Source: Macrostomum lignano (taxonomy: Eukaryota). From it: 64,000 nt of DNA. The position numbers and the translations under genes were made by a program. The notes beneath the pieces were generated by a model, which had not been told where the DNA came from, ran no database searches, and saw only the letters and a program-made list of their open reading frames with translations. Positions 24,494 through 37,500 of the stretch are shown here, in pieces (within the stretch, counting starts at the first letter, position 1; each line of letters starts with the position of its first letter). The stretch lies in assembly GCA_002269645.1 (NCBI GenBank), contig NIVC01000891.1:62001-126000 (forward strand), written 5' to 3'.

Positions 24494-25597
24494 TGAGTCT
24501 GTCACACAATCTGGCCATCGTACAGGTCGATGGAAACTGAGTCTGTCACACAATCTGGCCATCGTACAGGTCGATGGAAACTGAGTCTGTCACACAATCT
24601 GGCCATCGTACAGGTCGATGGAAACTGAGTCTGTCACACAATCTGGCCATCGTACAGGTCGATGGAAACTGAGTCTGTCACACAATGTGGCCATCGTACA
24701 GGTCGATGGAAACTGAGTCTGTCACACAATCTGGCCATCGTACAGGTCGATGGAAACTGAGTCTGTCACACAATCTGGCCATCGTACAGGTCGATGGAAA
24801 CTGAGTCTGTCACACAATCTGGCCATCGTACAGGTCGATGGAAACTGAGTCTGTCACACAATCTGGCCATCGTACAGGTCGATGGAAACTGAGTCTGTCA
24901 CACAATGTGGCCATCGTACAGGTCGATGGAAACTGAGTCTGTCACACAATCTGGCCATCGTACAGGTCGATGGAAACTGAGTCTGTCACACAATCTGGCC
25001 ATCGTACAGGTCGATGGAAACTGAGTCTGTCACACAATCTGGCCATCGTACAGGTCGATGGAAACTGAGTCTGTCACACAATCTGGCCATCGTACAGGTC
25101 GATGGAAACTGAGTCTGTCACACAATCTGGCCATCGTACAGGTCGATGGAAACTGAGTCTGTCACACAATCTGGCCATCGTACAGGTCGATGGAAACTGA
25201 GTCTGTCACACAATCTGGCCATCGTACAGGTCGATGGAAACTGAGTCTGTCACACAATGTGGCCATCGTACAGGTCGATGGAAACTGAGTCTGTCACACA
25301 ATGTGGCCATCGTACAGGTCGATGGAAACTGAGTCTGTCACACAATGTGGCCATCGTACAGGTCGATGGAAACTGAGTCTGTCACACAATCTGGCCATCG
25401 TACAGGTCGATGGAAACTGAGTCTGTCACACAATGTGGCCATCGTACAGGTCGATGGAAACTGAGTCTGTCACACAATCTGGCCATCGTACAGGTCGATG
25501 GAAACTGAGTCTGTCACACAATCTGGCCATCGTACAGGTCGATGGAAACTGAGTCTGTCACACAATCTGGCCATCGTACAGGTCGATAGAAACTGAG
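24494..25597. repeat. 44-bp minisatellite (~25 near-identical copies) overlapping the NHE stop codon and 3' UTR
   Basis: Unit CTGAGTCTGTCACACAATCTGGCCATCGTACAGGTCGATGGAAA; no spacers. Confidence 0.97.
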
Positions 25598-28500
25598 CTC
25601 GGCACCGCGGCGACAGCCATAAAAGTCGAACTCGACGGTGTTTCCAAGCCGCTGAAGGCCGCGTTGCTAAGGCCGTTGTTGTCATGGCTGGCGTTGCTAA
25701 GGCCGGACGATGTTTCGCCCGGGGCAGACCCGATGGGGCGCTCGTCATCCATTGAATTGGAGAACAGGTCGCGGTGCACCGAGGCCTGAATTGGCAGTTT
25801 GGATGGGGGTGAACAGCAACCAATTTCCCACACTTACACCAGCTAGCTGAGATCTTGTCCCACACTAGGCGCCACCCTGAGCCCCATAGCAACAAACATA
25901 ACACGAACCCGTGTCAGCTGCTCATCTGTGGTCAGCAGCCGGGCCAGGGGCAGGCAGATAGGCGGGCAGGTCTCAGTCAGCAGCGGCCGGGCGTGGGTGA
26001 GCAGAGGCTTCAGAAATCTGCAGAGCGTTGGTTGAAAATTATTTTTAGCAAAGCGCTGAAGTTGGAATGTCAAAGTTACAGAAGGGCGTTTTGAAGGGAA
26101 GCTGCAGAGACTGTCGGTTCCAGCCCGTCTGGAAAGTGCAGCTTCCAGTTTAGATTTTATGATTCTGGAGGGTGTGGGTTCCAGAGGTAACCTTGCTCCG
26201 TTTCGGGGAATGTGCTTTTCAGAGGGTGTGGGTTCCGGAGGGTGTGGGTTTTAAATGGTGGGTCTCGGATGGTCTGGGTTCCGAATGTAGTGGGTCTCGG
26301 AGGGTCAGGGTTCCGAAAGGTAGTGGGTCTCGGATGGTCTGGGTTCCGAATGTAGTGGGTCTCGGAGGGTCTGGGTTCCGAATGTAGTGGGTCTCGGAGG
26401 GTCTGGGTTCCGAATGTAGTGGGTCTCGGAGGGTCTGGGTTCCGAATGTAGTGGGTCTCGGAGGGTCAGGGTTCCGAAAGGTAGTGGGTTTTAAATGGCG
26501 TGGGTTTCGTAGGGCAGTGTGTGGGGTTCGGAGGGTGTGGGTTTCGGAGGGTGTGGTTCCGGAGATAGTGGGTTTTAAATGGCGGGGGTTCTAAATAGTG
26601 TGGGTTACGGAGTGCGTGGGTTCCGGAGGGTGAGGGTTGTCAAGAATTCATCACCACATCGAGCTTCACCAGTAATAGCCCTAATCCCGCACAAGCAAAC
26701 ATCGGACAGTGCTCTTACCGAATGTCCAGCAGGTGCCAGAGCCTCGTCAGCCGTCCCTCATATTTGTGACGAGCGCCGCTGCGGCACAGACTGCCGCTCA
26801 CCGCCTGTTCTTCGCCGACTTCGGCGGCGTCAAAGTCGTCTGGGGCGTCGGCGGCGGCTTCGACGCCGCCTGGCGAATTCTGCGGGAAATTTCAACGACT
26901 GATGTGATTTCGAATGTGAATCGTTAGAAATAGCTGGACCCTTCTGGATGTGACAGCAGAATTCAAATTAGTTCATTAGTTAAAAACCATCGGTTAGTGA
27001 GCTGCTGAACATAAGGGGGGCAGAGCAGCTAAATCTGGAGCCACCCACGACCCCAGGTTTAATTCCGTGCCTTTTAGCTCATTTGGGGTTTGTGCACGAA
27101 AACTGGCCACGGGGTTGTCGTGTGGTTCACACCTGTGAGGCCCAGCCCTGAGGCACAGAAGCTTAAAAAACTCAGGGTAGCTGTAGACCCTATGTGAGCG
27201 TGTCTATGAGTACAGCATTGGCTCGCTTGTAAATGTGCTCAGCAGTCAACGGCAGAATTGCATCTGAAGGTAGCGGGAGGGAGCCCGCAGTCCTGCAATT
27301 ATGGTTATATTGTTATTATTATTATTTATATTATTCTACTAAACGTGAAGACTTTAACACTTGGGCTACATGTAGGTCGATAAGAGCCAATTGGGTGCGG
27401 GCACTGGCGGTAGCAATGGAAAGCAGAAAGAATGCAAGGCTTCAACAGTTATAATGAAAAAGCAACCAAAAATTTGCGGGTTATTGAGAACTAGTTACAC
27501 TAATGCGGTGCACTGTTCATGAAAGCTAACTAAAACCACCTGTTGAACCAGGCAGTAGCTGTCCAAGCTGACCGCTTCGCCGCGCTAAAAGATAAAGCAA
27601 TTTACGGGAGGTTTAGATTCCCTACTTGCTGGATCCAGAGGCGTCTCCAAGAAGGTTCAGATTCCTTACTTACTTGCTGGATCCAGAGGCGTCTCCAAGA
27701 AGGTTCAGATTCCTTACTTACTTGCTGGATCTAGAGGCGTCTCCAAGGAGGTTCAGATTCCCTACTTTCTGGATCTAGAGGCGTCTCCAAGGAGGTTCAG
27801 ATTCCCTACTTGCTGGATCTAGAGGCGTCTCCAAGGAGGTTCAGATTCCCTACTTGCTGGATCCAGAGGCGTCTCCAAGGAGGTTCAGATTCCATACTTG
27901 CTGGATCTAGAGGCGTCTCCAAGGAGGTTCAGATTCCCTACTTTCTGGATCTAAAGGCGTCTCCAAGGAGGTTCAGATTCCCTACTTGCTGGATCCAGAG
28001 GCGTCTCCAAGGAGGTTCAGATTCCCTACTTGCTGGATCCAGAGGCGTCTCCAAGGAGGTTCAGATTCCCTACTTGCTGGATCCAGAGGCGTCTCCAAGG
28101 AGGTTCAGATTCCCTACTTGCTGGATCCAGAGGCGTCTCCAAGGAGGTTCAGATTCCCTACTTTCTGGATCCAGAGGCGTCTCCAAGGAGGTTCAGATTC
28201 CCTACTTGCTGGATCTAGAGGCCAGTCTCCAAGGTGGTTCAGATTCCCTACTTGCTGGATCTAGAGGCGTCTCCAAGGAGGTTCAGATTCCTTACTTGCT
28301 GGATCTAGAGGCGTCTCCAAGGAGGTTCAGATTCCCTACTTGCTGGATCTAGAGGCGTCTCCAAGGAGGTTCAGATTCCCTACTTGCTGGATCCAGAGGC
28401 GTCTCCAAGGAGGTTCAGATTCCCTACTTGCTGGATCCAGAGGCGTCTCCAAGGAGGTTCAGATTCCCTACTTGCTGGATCCAGAGGCGTCTCCAAGGAG

Positions 28501-31500
28501 GTTCAGATTCCCTACTTGCTGGATCTAGAGGCGTCTCCAAGGAGGTTCAGATTCCCTACTTGCTAGATCTAGATGCGTCTCCAAGGAGGTTCAGATTCCC
28601 TACTTGCTGGATCCAGAGGCGTCTCCAAGGAGGTTCAGATTTCCTACTTGCTGGATCCAGAGGCGTCTCCAAGGAGGTTTAGATTCCCTACTTGCTGGAT
28701 CCAGAGGCGTCTCCAAGGAGGTTCAGATTCCCTACTTGCTGGATCCAGAGGCGTCTCCAAGGAGGTTCAGATTCCCTACTTGCTGGATCCAGAGGCGTCT
28801 CCAAGGAGGTTCAGATTTCCTACTTGCTGGATCCAGAGGCTTTTCCAAGGAGGTTCAGATTTCCTACTTGCTGGATCCAGAGGCGTCTCCAAGGAGGTTC
28901 AGATTCCCTACTTGCTGGATCCAGAGGCGTCTCCAAGGAGGTTCAGATTTCCTACTTGCTGGATCCAGAGGCGTCTCCAAGGAGGTTCAGATTCCCTACT
29001 TGCTGGATCTAGAGGCGTCTCCAAGGAGGTTCAGATTCCCTACTTGCTGGATCTAGAGGCGTCTCCAAGGATGTTTTCCAGTCCCAGATAAGTCCCATGT
29101 GTATGTTTCTGGCACTCTGGACGACACAAATCAGATTGTAAACTGCATGCGCTGTGTGAATTTAATAACGGTAAAAGCCATCAGTCAGCATAAATAATCA
29201 AAGCAAACTTACAGAATTTGCCGCGTCAGCACCCGCTTGCTCTTTGTCGGATTCTCCTTCGACACCGACTCTGAAGAAAGCAGGTTGGTGGGATAAATTA
29301 GGGATGGATTCTGCTCATTCCGCCGACTTCTGAGCACATGCAAGGGCGCTAATACTCATTTACAGGTGTACAGCATTGGAGGTTGGCCCTCGCGGCTGTG
29401 AATCGTAAGGCAACCCCAAGGCCAAAGCTTCGATCACGCAAGCCCCAAATGAATGTGCGGCCGCCCACAGAACCGAACCAGGGGGCCGTCCTGGCCGAGA
29501 GTCAGACGTGTTTACTGTTTAACGCTGAGCTCCCCCTTTATTGGAGGTTGGCAAACTCCGGCCCGTGGAGCCTGTCTATCCGGCCCTTTTAAGATTTGTG
29601 GTGCTTCTCCGCTTCCTTCTCCTTCCTCTTCTCTCTCCTTTCGCTTCCTTCTTCTTCTTCTCTCCCCTCTTTCTCTCTCCTCTCCCCCCTCTTTCTCCTA
29701 TTTCTCTCTCCTCTCTCCTACCTCTCTTCTGCCAACTCCTCTTGCCCCCTCTCCCTTCTCTCCTATCTTTCATCCCATCTTTCGCCTCTCTTCTCTTCTC
29801 TCATCTACTTACTGCTTTCCACTCTCATCTGGCCCCTAGGCATGAGCTAGATTATTTATCTGGTCCTTGAGCTAAAAACTGCAGATAAAAAGACAGCAGG
29901 GGAGGGGGGCACCAACCGAATCCTTAGCCAGTGCAGCATCTGCGTGGCCAGCCCGCCGCCCAGCAGCACAGTGGCGATGACGATGACAAGCGTGGTGGAG
30001 AACAGCATCTTCCTCGTGTCCGTGGACGTATTTCTTATCGCCAAAGCGAATGCGATGGCACCGCGCAGGCCGGAGAACATGAGCATGTGCATCTTGTTGG
30101 CGCCGATCCTGCAGCGCCGGCCCAGGTTAAGCAGGCAGCACAGCGGATAGATATTGAGCGCCCGGCCAAGCAGAATCGCGGCAAAAGCGGTCGCGACAAA
30201 GCCCAGATCCCATACGTGGGATCTGTAGGTGAAAGTGGTCACCCCGATGTACAAGAATGTGAAATTCTCCGCCAGGAAGTTCAACAGCTCAAAGAAGGTT
30301 TTGGTTGAACGCTTGGTCTGCTCGGACAGGTTGTTGTAGGTGTAGTGCGCCTGGCAGATGCCGCAGAACAGCACGGCCACGATGCCGGTGCTCTGGGCCG
30401 CCTCTGCCGCCAGGAAGGTGCTGTAGCTCATGAGGATGAACAGGGTGCACTCCAGCAGCGGGTGCTCCCGGACCAGGGTGTACTTGGTGATCAGGGCCGT
30501 CAGGCAGCCCATGGCGCTGCCGATGCCCAGGGCGCCGAAGAACACGCCGAGGAAGCTCAGCACTGAGGTGACGATGGCGCCGCCTTCGAAGGTGGCAGAG
30601 CCGGCAGCCAAGCTGTCGTACTTTTCAACGGACTGCGCCAGCACTATGGCGACCGCGTCGTTAAGGACGCTTTCGCCGAATACTAAGGCGTAGAGGTCAA
30701 CGTCTACGTTTAGGTCGTTGAAGATGGCGAGAACCGTGACTGCGGAGTGTTGTGGCGGGAGTTAGGGAGCGGTGAAGTGAAACTAAGCAATCTCATGGGT
30801 GAGATCTAGGACTGCAGCACAATGAGACTAAAGCAATCTCAGGGGTGAGATCTAGAACTGCGGCACAATGAGACTAAAGCAATCTCAGGGGTGAGATCTA
30901 GGACTGCGGCACAATGAGACTAAAGCAATCTCAGGGGTGAGATCTAGGACTGCGGCACAATGAGACTAAAGCAATCTCAGGGGTGAGATCTAGGACTGCA
31001 GCACAATGAGACTAAAGCAATCTCAGGGGTGAGATCTAGGACTGCGGCGCAGTGAGACTAAGCAATCTCAGGAGACTAGGAATGAGATCTAGGGCTGCGG
31101 CACAGTAAGACTAAGCAATCTCAGGGGTGAGATCTAGGACTGCGGCACAGGGTAAGACTAAGAAATCTCAGGGGTGAGATCTAGGACTGCGGCACAGTGA
31201 GACTAAGCAATCTCAGGGGTGAGATCTAGGACTGCGGCGCAGTGGGACTAAGCGAGGTCAGATACTGCAATGGCAAGGAGCTCATGCCTGACTAACCGGG
31301 ATCCGTAGCGGAGATAATGGCGCCAAACAACAGGCAGTCGGTAAATAAAATCGAGCCGCTCAACGACCTGCTCAGTCGGGTCAGGCCATAGACAACGGAG
31401 CTGCGGATGCGTACGGCGGGTGTAATGAGTGCCTTAGCTAGCAAAATAAAACAATTAACAAAGCATGTTACTGATGCTTGGCGTTACTCACCCCACGACA

Positions 31501-34500
31501 GCACAGGAGATGGTGGTCCCAACGAATGCCAGCGTCAAAATTGCCCCAATGTTGCTGAAGAAATGCTTCTGCAACCAAAGGAAACAGAGGAATCAGGGGA
31601 AATTACATGATCTTTCATCAGTGCTTTTGATGACGTCAGATTTAGCGTCTCTAGGACGTTCAGATTCCCTACTTGCTGGATCTAGAGGCGTCTCCGAGGA
31701 GGTTCAGATTCCCTACTTTCTGGATCCAGAGGCGTCTCCGAGGAGGTTCAGATTCCCTACTTTCTGGATCCAGAGGCGTCTCCGAGGAGGTTCAGATTCC
31801 CTACTTGCTAGATCTAGAGGCGTCTCCAAGGAGGTTCAGATTCCCTACTTGCTGGATCTAGAGGCGTCTCCAAGGAGGTTCAGATTCCCTACTTGCTGGA
31901 TCTAGAGGCGTCTCCAAGGAGGTTCAGATTCCCTACTTTCTGGATCTAGAGGCGTCTCCGAGGAGGTTCAGATTCCCTACTTTCTGGATCTAGAGGCGTC
32001 TCCAAGGAGGTTCAGATTCCCTACTTGCTGGATCTAGATGCGTCTCCAAGGAGGTTCAGATTCGTCATCAAGTCAATAATCTGCCCACTTATAAAAGCCC
32101 GAGGCAGCCCGCACACACCCGCTTCATGCTGTAACCGGCGCAGAAGATGATGGGAGGCAGGATGACGTGAAAAAACACCTCAGAATTGAAGGTGGCCTTC
32201 TCGCTAAGAACTGGCGCATTCACGTTGCGGTTTAATAACCGCCTGGCGTAATCGTACTCGTAGACGCGGGTTCGATTCCCCGAGCTGCCGAGCTCTAGCA
32301 TGCTCAGCAGCACCTGTTTCAAAGGGGGTGGAGAAATCGGTTAACCACCTGGCCACAGCTACAGGCTGAAGCTGCACAAGGGAAACCCAGAATCAGATCA
32401 GATCCCGAGGCCTCACCTTTTCAGGCGGAAGTGGATCAGCAGTGGTGACTGCAGGTGCTCCAGTCACATTATTACTAAGTGATCCAGTAGGGTTGCCAAG
32501 CAGAGTGAAGGTGCGAACACTGATTTCCCTGGGATTCGAGCTGTACCGAATGATGGCGCCAACTATCAGGCCTGGGTGAATAATTAAATAGGGGCCAATA
32601 GTAAACAACCTTAGCCTAATTATCTGTGGCAATATTATTTCACAACTGCTTAACTGGAAATTTTAAATAGGATAAGTACAATTTCTCATTCTTAGTGAGA
32701 AATTAAACAAATTAAATTTTAACAATCATAACATTTTGAAACTTATTCCAATATCACATGTACAATTGCCAGCCAACCTGGCTAATGAAGACAGTGTAAA
32801 TTGTGGCAAACCAAGGGTAAGTTGCAAAATAGGAAATTTTTTATTCTTTGGATATTGTTGCCAATTATCAAATTGACAAATTAAGAACTTTTTCATTTGT
32901 AAATTTGAGCATAACATAAAGTCATTATAAAATGACATTAATCATTATCAGGTGCAAATTCATTATGGCTATGGGTGCTAACTATTTCTTAATGTAGCAA
33001 CATTCTACTTCTTTCAGTCTGAGGCCATTTTGATTAGCTGCACCATCTCTCTATATAACTCCTAGAAGGCTTATTTAATTACCTTGTGGCTTGCTCTGTC
33101 CATTGTGCATAAAATATAGTCAAAATAGAATTTTTCAATTCTTAACCAACCTTTTGCATTGTACCTACTTCAAAGTTTGACAAAATTTTCACTTTTCACT
33201 CTTTAAATAGAATTGCTTTTTCTACGGTTGAAAAACAACTTTTAATTCAACTATTAGGTTTGTGCTATTTGATTTGCTTAGCAATGCATGCTGCACTTGG
33301 GTCCTTTTTTGTTTTATTTTATGTACTCTTTTATTCCCTTAACTATTCATGTTTGTACCTGCAAATTTGTGTATGCTTTTAACCACAAATATAATTTATT
33401 AAATATTTATATAGGCTTACCTACCTTGCCATATGTGAATTATCAATAAAAAGTTTGATCCAATAAGCTAATATGACTTGACTTGTCTATTTGTCTAGAC
33501 TAGGCCTAACATTAAGCAGAATATAATTTTATATTTATTACAAAAAAGTTTGATATTAGCCATAGCCAAAACAATGAAAATCTTTTGATTTGTAGCCCTT
33601 TAAACATGTTAGATATAGGCTCACTTTCTACAGATGTTGCTATTTTTGTCTTTTTTGATTATTTTAATAGGAGCTTGTGATTCATTAGTTGGGTTAGCAA
33701 AATGACTAAGCAATAAGGAGTCTACATGGACTCCTTGGAAGTCTACATGGAATTAGTAAAGTTCAATATATTGAGAGAACCATGAACCTATTGAACCACT
33801 TTGATACTGATTTAAAAAGATTTTATCAATGCTTAATGATTGATATAAAATATGTATATTATTTTACTACAAATAGAAGGTCCAAACTAAAAAAATGTCT
33901 ATCACAAGGTTCAATGAGCCCTAAGAAGTTCCATGTGGAATAGTTTGAAATAAAGGTCTATGAGACTAAGATAATAATAAGAATAGGACTAATAAGATAA
34001 TAATAGTTAATGAAGTTAATTTACAAAGTGACCATTTTTTACAATTTGCTAATTTCATTGTTGGCACAGTGACTTAGTGCTATAAGTCTTGATCAGTTAG
34101 TTTATTGTAATTAATTAAAAAATATAACCACAATCTACCTAGTTGATAAAATGACAATTGACAAAATAATTAAGATCTAATATATATTACAAAATAAGCC
34201 AACAAGGTTGAATCTAACTTGTATTTTCAAATGTTTAATTTTTTATGATACTTTATATAGTTTCACATTTAGAAAAATATACAGCATATAAATAGTACAT
34301 AGATCATGTTTCTCAAATTAATTTTAGTATAAATGGCCAAGAATTACAATCTCTAGAGTGTTATGGACAAGCATACAAACCTTAGAGATTTAGTATATTT
34401 AAAACTAGGTCTAGGCAGATGCATGCAAATTTGGTGACAAACAAATTCAATGATAGAAATTTAATAGGAGGGGCCTATAGACAAATTTGGCAACAGCAAA

Positions 34501-37500
34501 TTCAGCAATAATCTAAGCAAATTTAGCTTTTAAGTTTGATTTATTGATTGAAGCCAAGGCTTTAAAGCTATCTGTCAGAACAACCTCTATCTCCTTTGTT
34601 AATAGTATAATACATTACTTAAACTTAAGTATAAGGTGTGTATGAGTGTGGTAGTGCGTCTATCACTGATGTGAGATTGTCAGAACTGACATTTTAATTT
34701 CATGCATTGCCCCCATTAATCCATTCATTTAATTGTTTAATCGTTTAATTAGTTTTTTAATTAATTTGCTTAAAATTTAATAATAATAATATTGCTTAAC
34801 TTGTTTCATTGCATGAGTTGCCACTGTAAGTTTATTCTTGATGTCATGCCATTGTTGGCCCGGGCACTGCCCCCATTCAATGTTTTTTTTGCCTTCCAGG
34901 TTGTGCCCCAACTACTGCCCCAAGGGATGCAATTCCTTTTAATAATTTTTTTCTAATGTGTTTATGTTACTGCCAGTTGAGGATTCTATTGGTGGCTACC
35001 TTTCTTTACCCACTAAATCCCCAGGTGCCCCGCCCTCTGGCATGTTGAAATTCACTATTTATATAGCGTGGTTGGTGCTTATTTTTTTCATGCTCTTTCT
35101 CCTATGCTCATGTCCACTTTCCTTTTGCTTTTATTTTGAGTGTGTGTTACATTCAACCCTAATAGTTATTCTGCACCTGGCACAGTGGATCTAAAACTCC
35201 ATTATGCTGTCTTACCAATTTTTGTATTAGCCATTATCTTGCATTAAAATCAACCGCCAATAATCCTAATAATAAACCATAAACTTAATAATTAATAGTT
35301 TGTTCATTTAATCCATAGCTTTATATTGAGTCAATTGCCAGTGGGGCGTAAAACCAAAAGTTCTCACCTCAAAGAAAGCTCTGAGAATCAGCTCAACATT
35401 CCATAATATATAAATTACAGTGGTGGCAGCTTCTACCCTACTGTTAGTAACAAGCTTAACAAATGACACATTAATTTATGGTGTTAGAATTTCTGGTGTC
35501 TACCATCTGAACGACTGTACCACTCTAACAACCACTCTGCTACGATTATGACTACCCTCCCCCGGAACTGAGGACCCCGGCAGTTGGAGTAAAACAGGAG
35601 AAAAGAATTTTGTTATGATTTGTATGCACTATTTTCTGGATTTAATTTGTGCGAACTCAATGCCAACAGCAATTCAGACACAGAATCTACCCGTCTCATT
35701 GGGGTCAGCAAAACCTATGTGTTTCAAGAACCAACCAAGAAATCCCTTAATTTTCTCTGCCCCTACCTCATGAGCCTTTCTATTGGAGAAAAATGTAAAT
35801 CAGAATAGAAGTACTGTCAGTTGATATTACTGCTATACATTTATGTATGTATACTATGTATATATTTAGATTTATGTGGCAATTAGAGCTGCCTTAAGAC
35901 TCTAGCCACAAATAAACATAGAATTAACAAACATTTTTAGGAAATTAAAGCATATTTCAAAAGTATAGGATAAATAAAGGATAAAACAAACTCAATTGAA
36001 AAAGAAAACTAATATATGTATTGTCGTATACCATTATACCAAAAAAATTATAAACCCATTGTCTGGATCATGGCAGGCATATGCCGAAATAAAAATTTCA
36101 TGTTTTTTTTCAATTTTAAATTAACGTAAAATAAATAAAAATTTTATGCTATGCTAAAACTAAAATTGTTTATTTGTCATTTTTTAACAAATATATATTT
36201 TTATGAATTCAAAACATTTACTAAACTTTAAAACAGGTGTTTTTTTGCTAAAACTCATATTCTTTGTTTTAATTTTGATTTTCTTATGATTGCATTATTA
36301 TTTTCCATTTATTTTTCTATTATTTTTAGAGCTTTTAACATTGGTTGATATTTAACTACACAAGTACATTAGCCTTGAACTTGGCTATTTTTTGTATACC
36401 AACTATGTACACTTCATGTTGAACCTGAAAATTATGCCAAGTGTATGTCAAGATTATCAGCAAAAGCAAAAATACACCTTTGGAAAATTCTGGCATAAAG
36501 GCCACCTTCTAGACTATAGTAGGCCTAATAAGCTGCAAATTATATAAAACCCTTTTGTTGCTAAATTTGATAAGATTGTCACCAAATTTGCTTTTACTAA
36601 TTTGTCCATGGTGAATCTCTATTGCCAAATTTATTAGTTGCCAAATTGGTTAGTACCTAATCTAGGCTTTATACTGTTTATCCCTATGCAATTTTTGTCT
36701 TTATTAATACTTTAGCTGATTTACAACCAAAGATAGGCCCCTGCATTCTGTAATTTATAATTTCTAAACATTAACCTAAGCTAAACTTAATAAATACTAT
36801 TTTTATAAGGCAGTTGTTATTTGTCCAGTGACCGGACGAATAGCCTTTTTGCTATTTGTCCGGTTAAATTGCTAACACAAGTATCTTATTTGTTTCGTGA
36901 TGAATATTCTAGATTTTTAAGACTTATTCTCGTATACTAATTAATATTATCTTGTATACTAGAGTGTTAAGCAAAGCAGTATATTATTCAATTTGGCATA
37001 ATTTGGTGTATAAGACACACAAGTATAACAATATAATAATAAAGATACGAGTAAGAAGTCTTTGAACTCTAGGAATATTTACCCTTGTAGTTTTTATGAA
37101 CTAGATATTTTAGCATTATCAATTTAACCAGACAAATAACAAAATGTCTATTTGTCCGGTATTAACTGGATGAATAGGAAAGCATGGTCAGGTCAGGATC
37201 CAGTAACTGGACAATTAACCACATCACTATTTGTCCAGTCACTGGACAAATAACAACTGCCTTTTTATAAATAGACCTAAATTCCCTTATTTTCAAGTTA
37301 AAATAAAATTAGGCACTAGGCCTGGTTGACGGTCATTTCGTCTGCCGCCTTTTCGTCTGCCGCCTTTTCGTCTGCCAATATTCGATATAGTCGTTTCGTC
37401 TGCCAATATATATAATATATAAATCGGAATAACTAATTATGTCATCAAGCTTCGCATGGAAGAGTAATGTAAATGTCTTATTAATTATAATTTATTATAA

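Noticed and set aside
24494-25597. CRISPR-like array (44-bp repeat with internal hairpin); likewise 27608-29070, 31645-32062 and 49140-49722
   Set aside because: Units are head-to-tail with no unique spacers, there are no cas genes, and the context is eukaryotic introns/UTRs. These are minisatellites.
27543-32060. Multiple [18 protein letters not shown] ORFs
   Set aside because: Frames running through the 44-bp intronic satellite, on the strand opposite the NHE gene.
34420-36660. Possible TIR pair built of AAATTTGG(T/C)(G/A)AC repeats (34425-34510 and 36550-36660)
   Set aside because: Similarity is low-complexity and diverged; no defined termini or TSD found.
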